This document shows, piece after piece, positions 44,704 through 53,910 of a DNA stretch of 64,000 nucleotides. The notes under the pieces are model-generated. The model saw only the letters and a list, made by a program, of their open reading frames with translations, was not told where the DNA came from and ran no database searches. Every line of letters starts with the position of its first letter. The first letter of the stretch is position 1. The DNA comes from Patescibacteria group bacterium. GTDB taxonomy: Bacteria > Patescibacteriota > Minisyncoccia > Phycocordibacterales > CAIZLB01. The position numbers were made by a program, and so were the translations under genes. Location of the stretch: NCBI GenBank assembly GCA_040384445.1, contig JAZKJG010000001.1:7650-71649 (forward strand), given 5' to 3'.

Positions 44704-44726
44704 TTTTAAAGTCTTATAAATTCTTT

Positions 44727-44761
44727 AAAACCTCACTCTGGAACACCCAGGGTGGGGTTTT
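44727..44761 (+). terminator. Intrinsic terminator
   Basis: AAAACCTCACTCTGG-loop-CCAGGGTGGGGTTTT with G-U pairs on the plus strand. Confidence 0.75.
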
Positions 44762-44784
44762 GGTATTTATGGTACAATCGATTT

Positions 44785-46503
44785 ATGAACTTCAAAGATT
44801 TGGTAAAAACCTATAAGGGGTGGACTATTTCAATCATTCTACTCGGGTTTGTTGCAAATGTGCTTGCCTTATCAGTTCCTAAGTTTGCTGCGGAAGCAAT
44901 AGACGATGGAATGTTTTCAACATGGACACCAACACTTACTATTCTTGTAATTATTGCATGTGCGACACTCATTGTTGCTGCAATCCAGATGTATGTATCT
45001 ACATATTTATCTGAAAAAATTGCCCTAGATCTCCGAAACACTCTTATCAACAAAATATCTAAACAATCTTTCCAGTATGTTGATGAATCTACTCCTGGAA
45101 ATCTTCAGACTGTGTTTACTGCAGATGTTGATGCGGTGAAGATGGTAATCTCTCAAGGATTCGTAACACTGTTCGGTGCCGTTCTGACACTTTTAGGTAG
45201 TGCATATTTTTTGTTGACTACAAACTTTCGGCTGGGTTTGTATACGCTCGCGGTGATTCCATTTCTTGGATTAAGCTTCTTTTTAATTTTTGGAACGGTT
45301 GCAAAGCTTTTTCAAGAGGCGCAGGAAAACATGGAAAGTATATATGCGCATATTAACGAAACAGTTACAGGGTCTGGACTCATCAGAGTATTGAATGCAG
45401 GTAAAAGTGAGATCAAAAAATTTACAGCAGTAATCACAGATTCAAAACGAATTGGTATGGGAATTGTAAAAGGATTTGCAGCTCTCATACCTGCTGTTAC
45501 GTTTCTGGCAAATGTCGCTACGCTTATTATTATTTGGTTTGGGGGTCGACAGGTGATTAGTCAGACGATGACTATCGGAGATTTTAGTGCATTCTTGTCG
45601 TATTCTGCAATGTTTATTTGGCCACTTTTTGTATTGTCATTTGTAGGAACTGCGATTTCTCGAGGTGTAATTTCACTTAAAAGAATTAGTGAAGTTGTGA
45701 ATGCAAATGTAAGAGAAGAATCGGGAACATATGACGGTCCTATTAAAGGAGATATTGAATTTAAAAATGTATCACTCGTGTATAAAACTGCACTTGGGGA
45801 AGAAAAAACTGTGCTGAAAAATATTTCATTTAAAATTAAAGCTCAAACAAAAAATGCAATCGTAGGTCCAACAGCAGCAGGAAAGTCACAGCTCTTTTAT
45901 CTGATGTCAGGATTAGTGCAACCAACGAGTGGAGAAGTTTGGATTGATGGGCGACCGATGAGTGAATACAAAATAAGTAGTTTCTTAACTCATGTTGGAT
46001 TGGTCTTTCAAGATAGTATTTTATTTAACACAACGGTGCGCGAGAATGTGGCATTTACAAATGAACAAATCCACAACGATGAATCACTTCAAAAAGCCCT
46101 AGATACTGCAGAGTTATCATTGCTTATTAAAGAACTTCCTAAAGGGTTAGATACTCTCGTAAGTGAGCGTGGAACAAGTTTGTCTGGAGGACAGAAACAA
46201 CGTCTTATGCTTGCCCGAGCTCTGGCTGTAAATCCTCAAATTCTGCTTCTTGATGACTTTACTGCTCGAGTGGATCAAAGTACTGAGAAGTCTATTCTTG
46301 CAAATGTAGCAACAAACTATCCTGATGCGACACTTGTTTCTATTACGCAAAAAATTGAACCAATTAAAAACTACGAGCAAATAATTGTTCTTATGGAAGG
46401 TGAGGTTGTTGGGATTGGAACTCATGATTCGTTGCTCAACGATTCATTTGAATATAAGCAAATTTTTGAATCTCAAATGTCTACTGAAACATTAACAAAA
46501 TAA
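44785..46503 (+). CDS. ABC exporter fused permease/ATPase, degenerate-site subunit (start 44785)
   Basis: 6 TM, GPTAAGKS, LSGGQKQR, LLLDD (Glu to Asp), switch His replaced by Gln (ITQK). Confidence 0.92.
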   Translation: MNFKDLVKTYKGWTISIILLGFVANVLALSVPKFAAEAIDDGMFSTWTPTLTILVIIACATLIVAAIQMYVSTYLSEKIALDLRNTLINKISKQSFQYVDESTPGNLQTVFTADVDAVKMVISQGFVTLFGAVLTLLGSAYFLLTTNFRLGLYTLAVIPFLGLSFFLIFGTVAKLFQEAQENMESIYAHINETVTGSGLIRVLNAGKSEIKKFTAVITDSKRIGMGIVKGFAALIPAVTFLANVATLIIIWFGGRQVISQTMTIGDFSAFLSYSAMFIWPLFVLSFVGTAISRGVISLKRISEVVNANVREESGTYDGPIKGDIEFKNVSLVYKTALGEEKTVLKNISFKIKAQTKNAIVGPTAAGKSQLFYLMSGLVQPTSGEVWIDGRPMSEYKISSFLTHVGLVFQDSILFNTTVRENVAFTNEQIHNDESLQKALDTAELSLLIKELPKGLDTLVSERGTSLSGGQKQRLMLARALAVNPQILLLDDFTARVDQSTEKSILANVATNYPDATLVSITQKIEPIKNYEQIIVLMEGEVVGIGTHDSLLNDSFEYKQIFESQMSTETLTK

Positions 46504-46508
46504 ATTAT

Positions 46509-48260
46509 ATGACTTCACTTACATATGTATTAGAAAAAGGAAAAAATACGAGTGCCTCACTAAAGGATTTTTATGTGTATCTTAAGGAGGACAAGGTGAA
46601 AATGATTTTCGCTTCTATCTGCATTTTCCTGAACTCAATTGTAAACATGTTGGCCCCATATCTGATCGGAAAAGCAGTTGATACATATATTTCTGTTGGT
46701 AATGAAGCAGGACTTCTTACTATTGTATATATATTAATGATTGCATTTGTATTTACTTTAATCACTGGTTACGTGCGAGAAATTCTTATAGGTCAAATTT
46801 CTCAAGGTGCATTATATAAACTTCGAGATGCTCTGTTTAAAAAACTGCAATCACTTCCAATTGCGTTTTTCAATCAAAACAAAGCTGGAGATTTGATGTC
46901 TCGAATTAACAATGATACAGATAAAATCAATCAATTTCTTTCACAAAGTGTGAGTCAGTTTATTGGTATCCTATTCACACTAGTTGGAATTCTTTGTTTT
47001 ACATTTTCAATGAATGTAAAAATGACGCTTGTAATGATGTCATCAATCGCACTTCTGTATGTAATTACATGGTTACTCACTCCATGGATTCGAAGAGAAA
47101 ACAAAAAGAGTCTTGAAGCAGTAGGAAATTTTTCTGCAACTCTGCAAGAAAACCTAACAAACTTCCGAGTTGTTGCAGCATACGGTAAGAGAGATTATTT
47201 ACAAAAAAGTTTATCAACTGCGAACGAAGGGACTTTTAAAAGCGCACTTTCATCAGGCGTAGGAAACAGAGTATTCGAGCCGATCTATGATTTCGGTGGG
47301 GCAGCTGCACTTATTGCAGTTCTGGCATATGGATTTCATTTGATATCTATTGGTGAAGTAACCATAGGTGTACTTATTGCCTTTGTTGCATATACACAAA
47401 AGTTTTATGACCCTATGCGGTATCTTGCTGCTATATTCGGTACAGTACAACTTGCTACTGCTGCATGGACCCGAGTGCAAGAAATTTTCCAGTTAAAAAA
47501 CAATTTAAAATCTCCTGAGTCGTTACCAGAGAAAGTGGATGAATATTCACAACACAAAGATTTAAGATTGGAACTTCAAGATGTATCATTTGCATATGAA
47601 GGGGGTGAATCCGTGATTGAAAACGCGAATCTGCAATTTGAAAAAGGAAAAACATACGCACTTATTGGTCCGACAGGAGGAGGAAAGTCAACGCTTGCAA
47701 GTTTGATGACTCATTTGTATGATCCAACTTCTGGAAATATTTATCTGAACGGTAAAAATATTTACATGTATACACAAGAAGAAAGAGCAAAAGAAATTAG
47801 TGTGATACTTCAGGATCCTATTCTCTTCAACGGTACGGTTGCTGAAAATATCACATATGGAAATGATGTTGAGAATTTGGAAAAAGTTCTTGAGGAAAAA
47901 GGATTTAAGGATGTTATTACTCGATTTGAAAGTGGATTAACAACATTGGTAAGCCAAAACGGTGCAGGATTAAGTATTGGACAGAAACAATTGATTTCAT
48001 TTATGCGGGCAATTCTCCGATCTCCTAAACTATTGATTCTTGATGAGGCAACTGCAAACATTGATACGGTAACTGAAGCAATGCTTAATAAGACGCTTGA
48101 GATTTTGCCTAAAGACACAACGAAAGTAATCATTGCACATCGATTAAACACCATTAAAGAGGCTGATGAGATTATGTTTGTAAATGGTCATCATGTAACT
48201 CCTGCAGGTAGTTACGAACACGCTATCTCACTTATCTCTGCTGCTAAGCGAAACAGTTAA
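46509..48260 (+). CDS. ABC exporter fused permease/ATPase, consensus subunit (heterodimer partner)
   Basis: GPTGGGKS, LSIGQKQ, LILDEAT, IAHR. Confidence 0.93.
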   Translation: MTSLTYVLEKGKNTSASLKDFYVYLKEDKVKMIFASICIFLNSIVNMLAPYLIGKAVDTYISVGNEAGLLTIVYILMIAFVFTLITGYVREILIGQISQGALYKLRDALFKKLQSLPIAFFNQNKAGDLMSRINNDTDKINQFLSQSVSQFIGILFTLVGILCFTFSMNVKMTLVMMSSIALLYVITWLLTPWIRRENKKSLEAVGNFSATLQENLTNFRVVAAYGKRDYLQKSLSTANEGTFKSALSSGVGNRVFEPIYDFGGAAALIAVLAYGFHLISIGEVTIGVLIAFVAYTQKFYDPMRYLAAIFGTVQLATAAWTRVQEIFQLKNNLKSPESLPEKVDEYSQHKDLRLELQDVSFAYEGGESVIENANLQFEKGKTYALIGPTGGGKSTLASLMTHLYDPTSGNIYLNGKNIYMYTQEERAKEISVILQDPILFNGTVAENITYGNDVENLEKVLEEKGFKDVITRFESGLTTLVSQNGAGLSIGQKQLISFMRAILRSPKLLILDEATANIDTVTEAMLNKTLEILPKDTTKVIIAHRLNTIKEADEIMFVNGHHVTPAGSYEHAISLISAAKRNS

Positions 48261-48261
48261 T

Positions 48262-48504
48262 ATGTATTTTGTGTATATTCTGAAGTGTAATGATGGAACG
48301 TTGTATACCGGTTCGACAAATGATATTGAGAAAAGAGTGGTTACACATAACTCAGGTGCTACTGGTGCAAAATATACAAAAGCGAGGCGCCCAGTAGAAC
48401 TTATATATCAAGAAGAATTTGAAACAAAAAGCCAGGCACTCAAAAGAGAATGGGAAATAAAAAAGTTATCTCGCCGAGATAAGCTTACGCTTTTTTCTCA
48501 ATAA
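48262..48504 (+). CDS. Small GIY-YIG nuclease family protein (UPF0213-like)
   Basis: YFVYILKC..LYTGST..GAKYT..ALKREWEIKK. Confidence 0.92.
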   Translation: MYFVYILKCNDGTLYTGSTNDIEKRVVTHNSGATGAKYTKARRPVELIYQEEFETKSQALKREWEIKKLSRRDKLTLFSQ

Positions 48505-49066
48505 TTCTCATACCCCAAGGTGATGATTCTGGAAGCCGTTCTTTCCTTGAAAGTCTAAATTGATAGAGTGAAAATATAATTGTGACAAGGGTGGCGATAC
48601 CTTTGTAGACAACCCAGTCTTCTGCGGTTAAATTAATTCGTGCTATTTCATTTGCAACTGTTAATATGGTGAACAAAATTGCCCATCTATATGTGAGCAT
48701 TCTCCAGCCAGCATCTGTCATTGCAAATAGTCCCCGAAAAAGAGGTTGTAAAAGTGATTTTTGAAAGGCGAGTCCTATAAATAAAACTGCTGCAAATATT
48801 CCATTGTATAACGTATCTTTAATGATTATAAAAAATGGATTATTAAGAATAATGGTAAGTAATCCAAATCCAATAACACTCACTCCAACAATGAGTGGGA
48901 ACCATGCAAGCTCTCTTCGTTCTAAAAAGGCAATAATAAGCGAGAGAGATGTGAGTACTACAAAAATAAGAACCGCTGTCATAAAACTCAGTAATTCTGA
49001 GGTGATCAGGAATACGATAATTGGCCCAAATTCGATACTGAGGTTTAAGAATAGTTTTTTTAACAT
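48485..49066 (-). CDS. IspZ/YciB-family inner membrane (septation) protein, start 49066
   Basis: EFGPIIVF, FGLLT..FIIIK, GWRMLTYRW..NE..WVVYK. TATACT lies 6 nt before the ATG. Confidence 0.85.
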   Translation of the reverse strand: MLKKLFLNLSIEFGPIIVFLITSELLSFMTAVLIFVVLTSLSLIIAFLERRELAWFPLIVGVSVIGFGLLTIILNNPFFIIIKDTLYNGIFAAVLFIGLAFQKSLLQPLFRGLFAMTDAGWRMLTYRWAILFTILTVANEIARINLTAEDWVVYKGIATLVTIIFSLYQFRLSRKERLPESSPWGMRIIEKKA

Positions 49067-49149
49067 GCTGTAAGTATATATGATTGAACGTGAATGTGTA
49101 GTATAATAACAATGGTGCAACTTATTAACATAATCATATAAAAAATATT

Positions 49150-49302
49150 ATGCTTACAACAATCGCAACAATATTATTAATCCTATGGCTACTAGGTGTA
49201 GTTGGAGTGTACACAATCGGTAACTTCATCCACATCCTATTGGTTGTAGCAATTGTTATGTTTCTTATCAGAGTTATCCAGGGTCGAAACCCTATCCAAT
49301 AA
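49150..49302 (+). CDS. 50-aa lmo0937-family membrane protein (below the ORF-track cutoff)
   Basis: MLTTIATILLILWLLGVVGVYTIGNFIHILLVVAIVMFLIRVIQGRNPIQ. The LWLLG..G.FIHILLV motif is characteristic. Confidence 0.85.
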   Translation: MLTTIATILLILWLLGVVGVYTIGNFIHILLVVAIVMFLIRVIQGRNPIQ

Positions 49303-49314
49303 TCCCTTACATAT

Positions 49315-49611
49315 ATGATCATCTTTCTTGTTGTCGGTCTTATCCTCGGCGCACTTAGTGTAGTGTTCGCATTGCAAAATGTTGTGCCAATCACTGTCAC
49401 TTTCTTTGTTTGGCAAATGGAAGGTTCTCTTGCTTTAATTCTTCTGTTAGCTGTTCTCATGGGTGTTATCATCTGTGGGATGCTCAGTATTCCAGAAATG
49501 ATTCGGAATCACTTGAGATTTAAAGCATTGAAAAAAGAACTTGCAGCAGTAAAAGCAGAAAAAGACAGAGTGATAATTCATGACACAGATATTATTCCAC
49601 CTTTAATATAG
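49315..49611 (+). CDS. LapA-family (DUF1049) membrane protein
   Basis: FALQN..VTFFVW..SLALILL..G, then a coiled coil. Confidence 0.85.
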   Translation: MIIFLVVGLILGALSVVFALQNVVPITVTFFVWQMEGSLALILLLAVLMGVIICGMLSIPEMIRNHLRFKALKKELAAVKAEKDRVIIHDTDIIPPLI

Positions 49612-49625
49612 GTTGAATGTATACG

Positions 49626-49666
49626 TATAAAACACCAGCAGAGTTTAATCTCACTGGTGTTTTATA
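49626..49666. terminator. Bidirectional terminator
   Basis: TATAAAACACCAG / CTGGTGTTTTATA between convergent genes. Confidence 0.75.
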
Positions 49667-49679
49667 TTTATATAATAAA

Positions 49680-50456
49680 TCAGAAACATTTATTCTGCTT
49701 AACTCGTTCGAGCGCAAGTATAAGTATGATTGCTACAACCCATACAGAAGAGAATACAAGGAATGCTGATGAGCCATTGTCGATCGTCAGATACACATTA
49801 AATGCCCAATGAATAAGACAGGCTAATACTATTCCAAACCAAATATACGCTTCTTTTTTCCAAAATGATTTACAAAACGAGAGTCCGATGCAGACAGAAA
49901 GTGCTCCTGAAGATGCAACATGGAGCACACTTGAACCAATAAATCGCATATATCCTGTAATAATAGATTCAAGTGTTGCACCAGCAAGAAGGGGTTGTAT
50001 AAGATATAGTGTGTTTTCCATTGCAGCAAATCCAACAGCTGCAGTCATAAGATAAATAAACCCATCAATCGGTTCATCAAATATTTTTGTTTTAAATGCA
50101 ATCACATATGCTGCGCCAAATTTTGTGACTTCTTCTATGATTACAAAAATAAGTGTCAGAAGATGATTGTTTCCGAGTTGGTGCTCAAAATCAGTTACAC
50201 CAATTGACGTGGCTTTTCCAATAAGAAAGACTGCAATACTCTTTTGTAGAAGGTATGAAATAAATACAGCAAGCATCCCCAGAAGAAATACTTTTACAAT
50301 TACCACTCGTGGTTCTTTATGTTCGTGTTTTTCATGCATCCAAAACCAAAGCCAAAAAAGTGCAGGTACAAATCCACCAAGTAGTGCATATACAAAAACA
50401 GTTATTGTTTGTGGGGAAGAAGAAAGTATATGCAGAAGGATCTCGTGTGCATTCAT
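49680..50456 (-). CDS. PrsW-family intramembrane metalloprotease
   Basis: KEP, IEEVTK, EPIDGFIY, GFAAMEN, LH..IHWAFN. Confidence 0.9.
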   Translation of the reverse strand: MNAHEILLHILSSSPQTITVFVYALLGGFVPALFWLWFWMHEKHEHKEPRVVIVKVFLLGMLAVFISYLLQKSIAVFLIGKATSIGVTDFEHQLGNNHLLTLIFVIIEEVTKFGAAYVIAFKTKIFDEPIDGFIYLMTAAVGFAAMENTLYLIQPLLAGATLESIITGYMRFIGSSVLHVASSGALSVCIGLSFCKSFWKKEAYIWFGIVLACLIHWAFNVYLTIDNGSSAFLVFSSVWVVAIILILALERVKQNKCF

Positions 50457-50463
50457 ATATCAG

Positions 50464-51687
50464 CTAGTATACCTCATCTATTCGCCATCCTCCACGTGCG
50501 ACGAGTGAATCCAAATCTGTAACGAAGCTTTTTTGTTGTAGTAATCCTTGAATACCTGCTAATCCGATCATGATTGCATTATCTGTTGCTAGATCAAACT
50601 CGGGTTTAAAGCAGAATACATCGTTTGATACACACCATGAATCAATAGTTTCTCGGATATATGTATTGGCAATAACACCTCCAGCCACGATAAGAGTTTT
50701 TGTTTCTGGTTTTAATGTGTATGCAAAATTTAATTTTCGAGCCAAGACTTCCACCACAGATTCTTCAAATTCGTAGCAAATGAGATTTAAAATTTCTTCT
50801 GATATTTCCTGAACTTTTTTAATATCTCTTACTAAGTACAAGACTGCGGTTTTTAATCCTGAAAATGAAAAATCGAGATTCTGGCTATGGATCATTGGGC
50901 GAGGGAGTTTAATATTGTATTTCTCACACAGTTTCGTAGCCTTTTCTTTTGTGTATACATCTCGAATTACTTTCGCATGCCAACTGATTGCAGGGCCACC
51001 AGGATATGGAAGATTTAAAATCCGTGCAGCTTTATCATATGCTTCTCCAACCGCATCGTCTCGAGTTTTTCCGATCACTTCGTATGTTCCCCAATTTTCT
51101 ATTGCCACAACCTCTGTGTGACCTCCAGATATAAGAAGTGCAAGAGCAGGGAATACGATGTCTGATTTTTCTGCAAGAAGCACTGATGCTATATGACCCT
51201 CCATATGATTCACTGGTAGGATTGATAAATCCCAAAGGATTGATAAAAATTTTGTAAATGAAATTCCAACCCAGAGCGCAGGTTCAAGTCCAGGCCCTGC
51301 AGTTACAACAAGTGCATCGATGTGTGGTTTAGAGTATAAAATACTATTCTCATTTTCTAATTCCTTTTTACAAATTTCTTGTAGTTCGGTTTCTCTATCT
51401 AAATGTTTGATAGCTTCTTGAATTTTTTCAACACTCAAAGAAATTTTAGAATATGCAACATTTTTCTTTGCTATGGTCTCAGTCACCACATTTCCCAAAA
51501 GATGCATGAGGTTATGACCATGTTCACGTTTCGCAAGCATAGGGAATACTCCACCATATGGAGCGTGGGCATCAATCTGACTATGTAAGGCGTTTGCAAG
51601 GGAAATGTACTTGTTCGTATCAGAATACTGTACAAATGCTACTCCCGTTTCATCACAGCTTGTTTCTATGGCTAGAACCGTTTTCAT
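50464..51687 (-). CDS. tsaD: tRNA N6-threonylcarbamoyltransferase
   Basis: LAIETSCDET, YGGVFP, GPGL, HMEGH, SGGHT, DDAVGEAYDK, FSFSGLKT, DNAIMI. Confidence 0.97.
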   Translation of the reverse strand: MKTVLAIETSCDETGVAFVQYSDTNKYISLANALHSQIDAHAPYGGVFPMLAKREHGHNLMHLLGNVVTETIAKKNVAYSKISLSVEKIQEAIKHLDRETELQEICKKELENENSILYSKPHIDALVVTAGPGLEPALWVGISFTKFLSILWDLSILPVNHMEGHIASVLLAEKSDIVFPALALLISGGHTEVVAIENWGTYEVIGKTRDDAVGEAYDKAARILNLPYPGGPAISWHAKVIRDVYTKEKATKLCEKYNIKLPRPMIHSQNLDFSFSGLKTAVLYLVRDIKKVQEISEEILNLICYEFEESVVEVLARKLNFAYTLKPETKTLIVAGGVIANTYIRETIDSWCVSNDVFCFKPEFDLATDNAIMIGLAGIQGLLQQKSFVTDLDSLVARGGWRIDEVY

Positions 51688-51780
51688 GTTGTTTATACTG
51701 ACACATTAAGTGGGGTATGTAAATTGCACGTATAATTGTCAACAGTGACGTTTTCAAGAATTATAACGTATACTTATGAT

Positions 51781-52764
51781 ATGAAAAAAACAATACAAGT
51801 GTTAGCTTTTGCAGTTGTTGCAATCGTAGCACCACATATACACGCTGGAGTTGTTGAAAATAAAGTTGTAACTCTTTTATCTCAGACTCTTATTAATGAA
51901 ACTGTAGACTCTGCAGTTTCATTTGATATTGGGGTAAATGCAAAAACCACAACAACACAAGTAGGTGAAAAAACTAAGACAGAAAACATGTCAGGATCTG
52001 CAAATTTTGTTGCTATAAGTAACGTTGCAACAAAATTAAGCCAGGTAAAAGGAAATATTTCTTTAAAAGCACCTCAATTACCACAAGCCATATCTCTACC
52101 GTTACAAGTGATTAGTCAAGAAGATTCCACAAACAAGGCAACTGTATATTTTTTAATGTACCCCGAGTATTCTGTAATTGCAAAAATGTTTTTAGGTACT
52201 GATGCACTAGATAAAATATCAGGTAAATGGATTAAGGTAAGTTCTGGAGAATTTTTCAATCAAACAAAATCTTCACCTGAAAAAGATAGTGCTCGAGCAA
52301 AATATAAATCAGTGTGGAATAATACTACATGGTTTACGGCAAAGTCACTGAAAAATGGTAATGTGACAACATATACGATTAAGCCAAATCCAGCAGTTCT
52401 CTATGCAAAATTAGAAAAATCAGGTGCATTTACTACTAGTTCATATACAACACCTGCAGAAAAAGCTAAGAAAAAGGCTGCAATACTTTCTATGCTTCGA
52501 AATGCAGTGATTCAGCTAGATGAAAAAGATGGGAAACTGGCAGGATATAGAGTTACGTTCTCAATTACTGACAAAAACACATCATCGACGTATAATAGTA
52601 AAAATAAAAAAGTAGCTGTAACTGATACTACATTTGCAAATGTAACAATCAAAGGCGCTTTACTTCCAAATCAAATCATTACACTTCCTGCAGCATCAGA
52701 TACACTTACTCAAGAAGCTCTTGAAAATTTGATGTCAAGTCCATCGACAATAAGAGGCTATTAA
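51781..52764 (+). CDS. Secreted hypothetical protein (start 51781)
   Basis: MKKTIQVLAFAVVAIVAPHIHA signal peptide. TATACT lies 6 nt before the ATG. Confidence 0.75.
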   Translation: MKKTIQVLAFAVVAIVAPHIHAGVVENKVVTLLSQTLINETVDSAVSFDIGVNAKTTTTQVGEKTKTENMSGSANFVAISNVATKLSQVKGNISLKAPQLPQAISLPLQVISQEDSTNKATVYFLMYPEYSVIAKMFLGTDALDKISGKWIKVSSGEFFNQTKSSPEKDSARAKYKSVWNNTTWFTAKSLKNGNVTTYTIKPNPAVLYAKLEKSGAFTTSSYTTPAEKAKKKAAILSMLRNAVIQLDEKDGKLAGYRVTFSITDKNTSSTYNSKNKKVAVTDTTFANVTIKGALLPNQIITLPAASDTLTQEALENLMSSPSTIRGY

Positions 52765-52779
52765 TAGCCATATACAAAA

Positions 52780-52864
52780 AAACACCTTTTCTTATGTATA
52801 TATTTGTACATACAAGAATAAGATTACATATCTTTGATATGGTCTTAAAATTAAGAAGGTGTTT
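52780..52864. terminator. Branched AT-rich stem-loop between convergent genes
   Basis: Outer stem AAACACCTT / AAGGTGTTT enclosing two hairpins. Confidence 0.5.
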
Positions 52865-52887
52865 ATATTTTTTAATCTATGAAAGTT

Positions 52888-53745
52888 TTAACTTGGGTAA
52901 AACATCATAGTGGGTCGGTCAGAAAAGAAACAAGGGTGATAGCTTCCTGACCATCGAGGGTGGTACATAAATCTTGAGAGTAGGATTTGCTGGATTGACT
53001 TGGTTTGTTTCAGGATCTGCTCTAATAAATAGATCTTAAAACCAAATCGATATGCTGAAGCGTTCACAACGCCAAACTCTAGAGAAGTTTCTTTTCTGTA
53101 TACAAACTTCTGTTCAAACTCTGCAAATTCCTTCAAATTCATTCGGGAACTGAACTTTTCTTGCGTTATTTGTTCGCAAAATAAATCCAAATCGAAGTGA
53201 GTTAAAAAAATCGCATTGCTGAGTGCAAGATCATGCTTCAAATTGATCGGTTCCTCATCACCAAAATCGTTTTCGGGTAGGGGATCTTTTTTGATAGGGA
53301 AATCAGATAGGGTTGTAACTAAATCTTTTCCAGAAAAAATAAGATCTACAAATACTGAATATGGATTATCTAATATTTGAGAGTAAATCTCTGGAAGCTT
53401 ACTTTTAGCAGGCTTAAAGTTAAGTGCTTTTTCAATCAACTCAAGCTGATAATGCTGCATATCAATTGACGGGCAAATGCATGGTAATATTGATAGTTGT
53501 TCAACCGCTTTTGTGAAAGCAGGAGAGCTCTTATCATATTTCTGCCGTGGCCGCTTTTTTTCTTGGAGTTTGTACCTCAGGAGTATATTTACTGGATGGT
53601 GAGGTTCAAAATGATCCAGCAGTAGATTAAGTTGATGAATTTGAAACTTTCGCTCCCATTCTAATTCCTTAGTCTGTTCTTTTAATTGCTTTTGGGCACG
53701 CCTCAAACTATTTAGCATGCGTTTAGGTGGCAATCTTCGTTTCAT
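52888..53745 (-). CDS. Hypothetical protein (ORFan cassette)
   Basis: 285-codon ORF with a TTGACA-17-TAATCT promoter (53828-53800). Confidence 0.65.
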   Translation of the reverse strand: MKRRLPPKRMLNSLRRAQKQLKEQTKELEWERKFQIHQLNLLLDHFEPHHPVNILLRYKLQEKKRPRQKYDKSSPAFTKAVEQLSILPCICPSIDMQHYQLELIEKALNFKPAKSKLPEIYSQILDNPYSVFVDLIFSGKDLVTTLSDFPIKKDPLPENDFGDEEPINLKHDLALSNAIFLTHFDLDLFCEQITQEKFSSRMNLKEFAEFEQKFVYRKETSLEFGVVNASAYRFGFKIYLLEQILKQTKSIQQILLSRFMYHPRWSGSYHPCFFSDRPTMMFYPS

Positions 53746-53910
53746 TGTAATGTTCTATACGTTGTTGGTGGCAGGGAAACTGTTTCCATGCACAAAGCAA
53801 GATTACAACAATATATTTAATATGTCAAATATTTCAATACTATATAATGTCACATATTTATACAAACTCAAGTCTAACCATCATCAAAATATGTTATACT
53901 TACGTCCATT

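Noticed and set aside
48262-48504. GIY-YIG as a homing endonuclease or mobile element
   Set aside because: An 80-aa stand-alone UPF0213-type protein with no DNA-binding extension and no intron context.
49134-49472. 112-aa minus-strand ORF
   Set aside because: Antisense shadow of the lmo0937-like and LapA-like genes on the plus strand.
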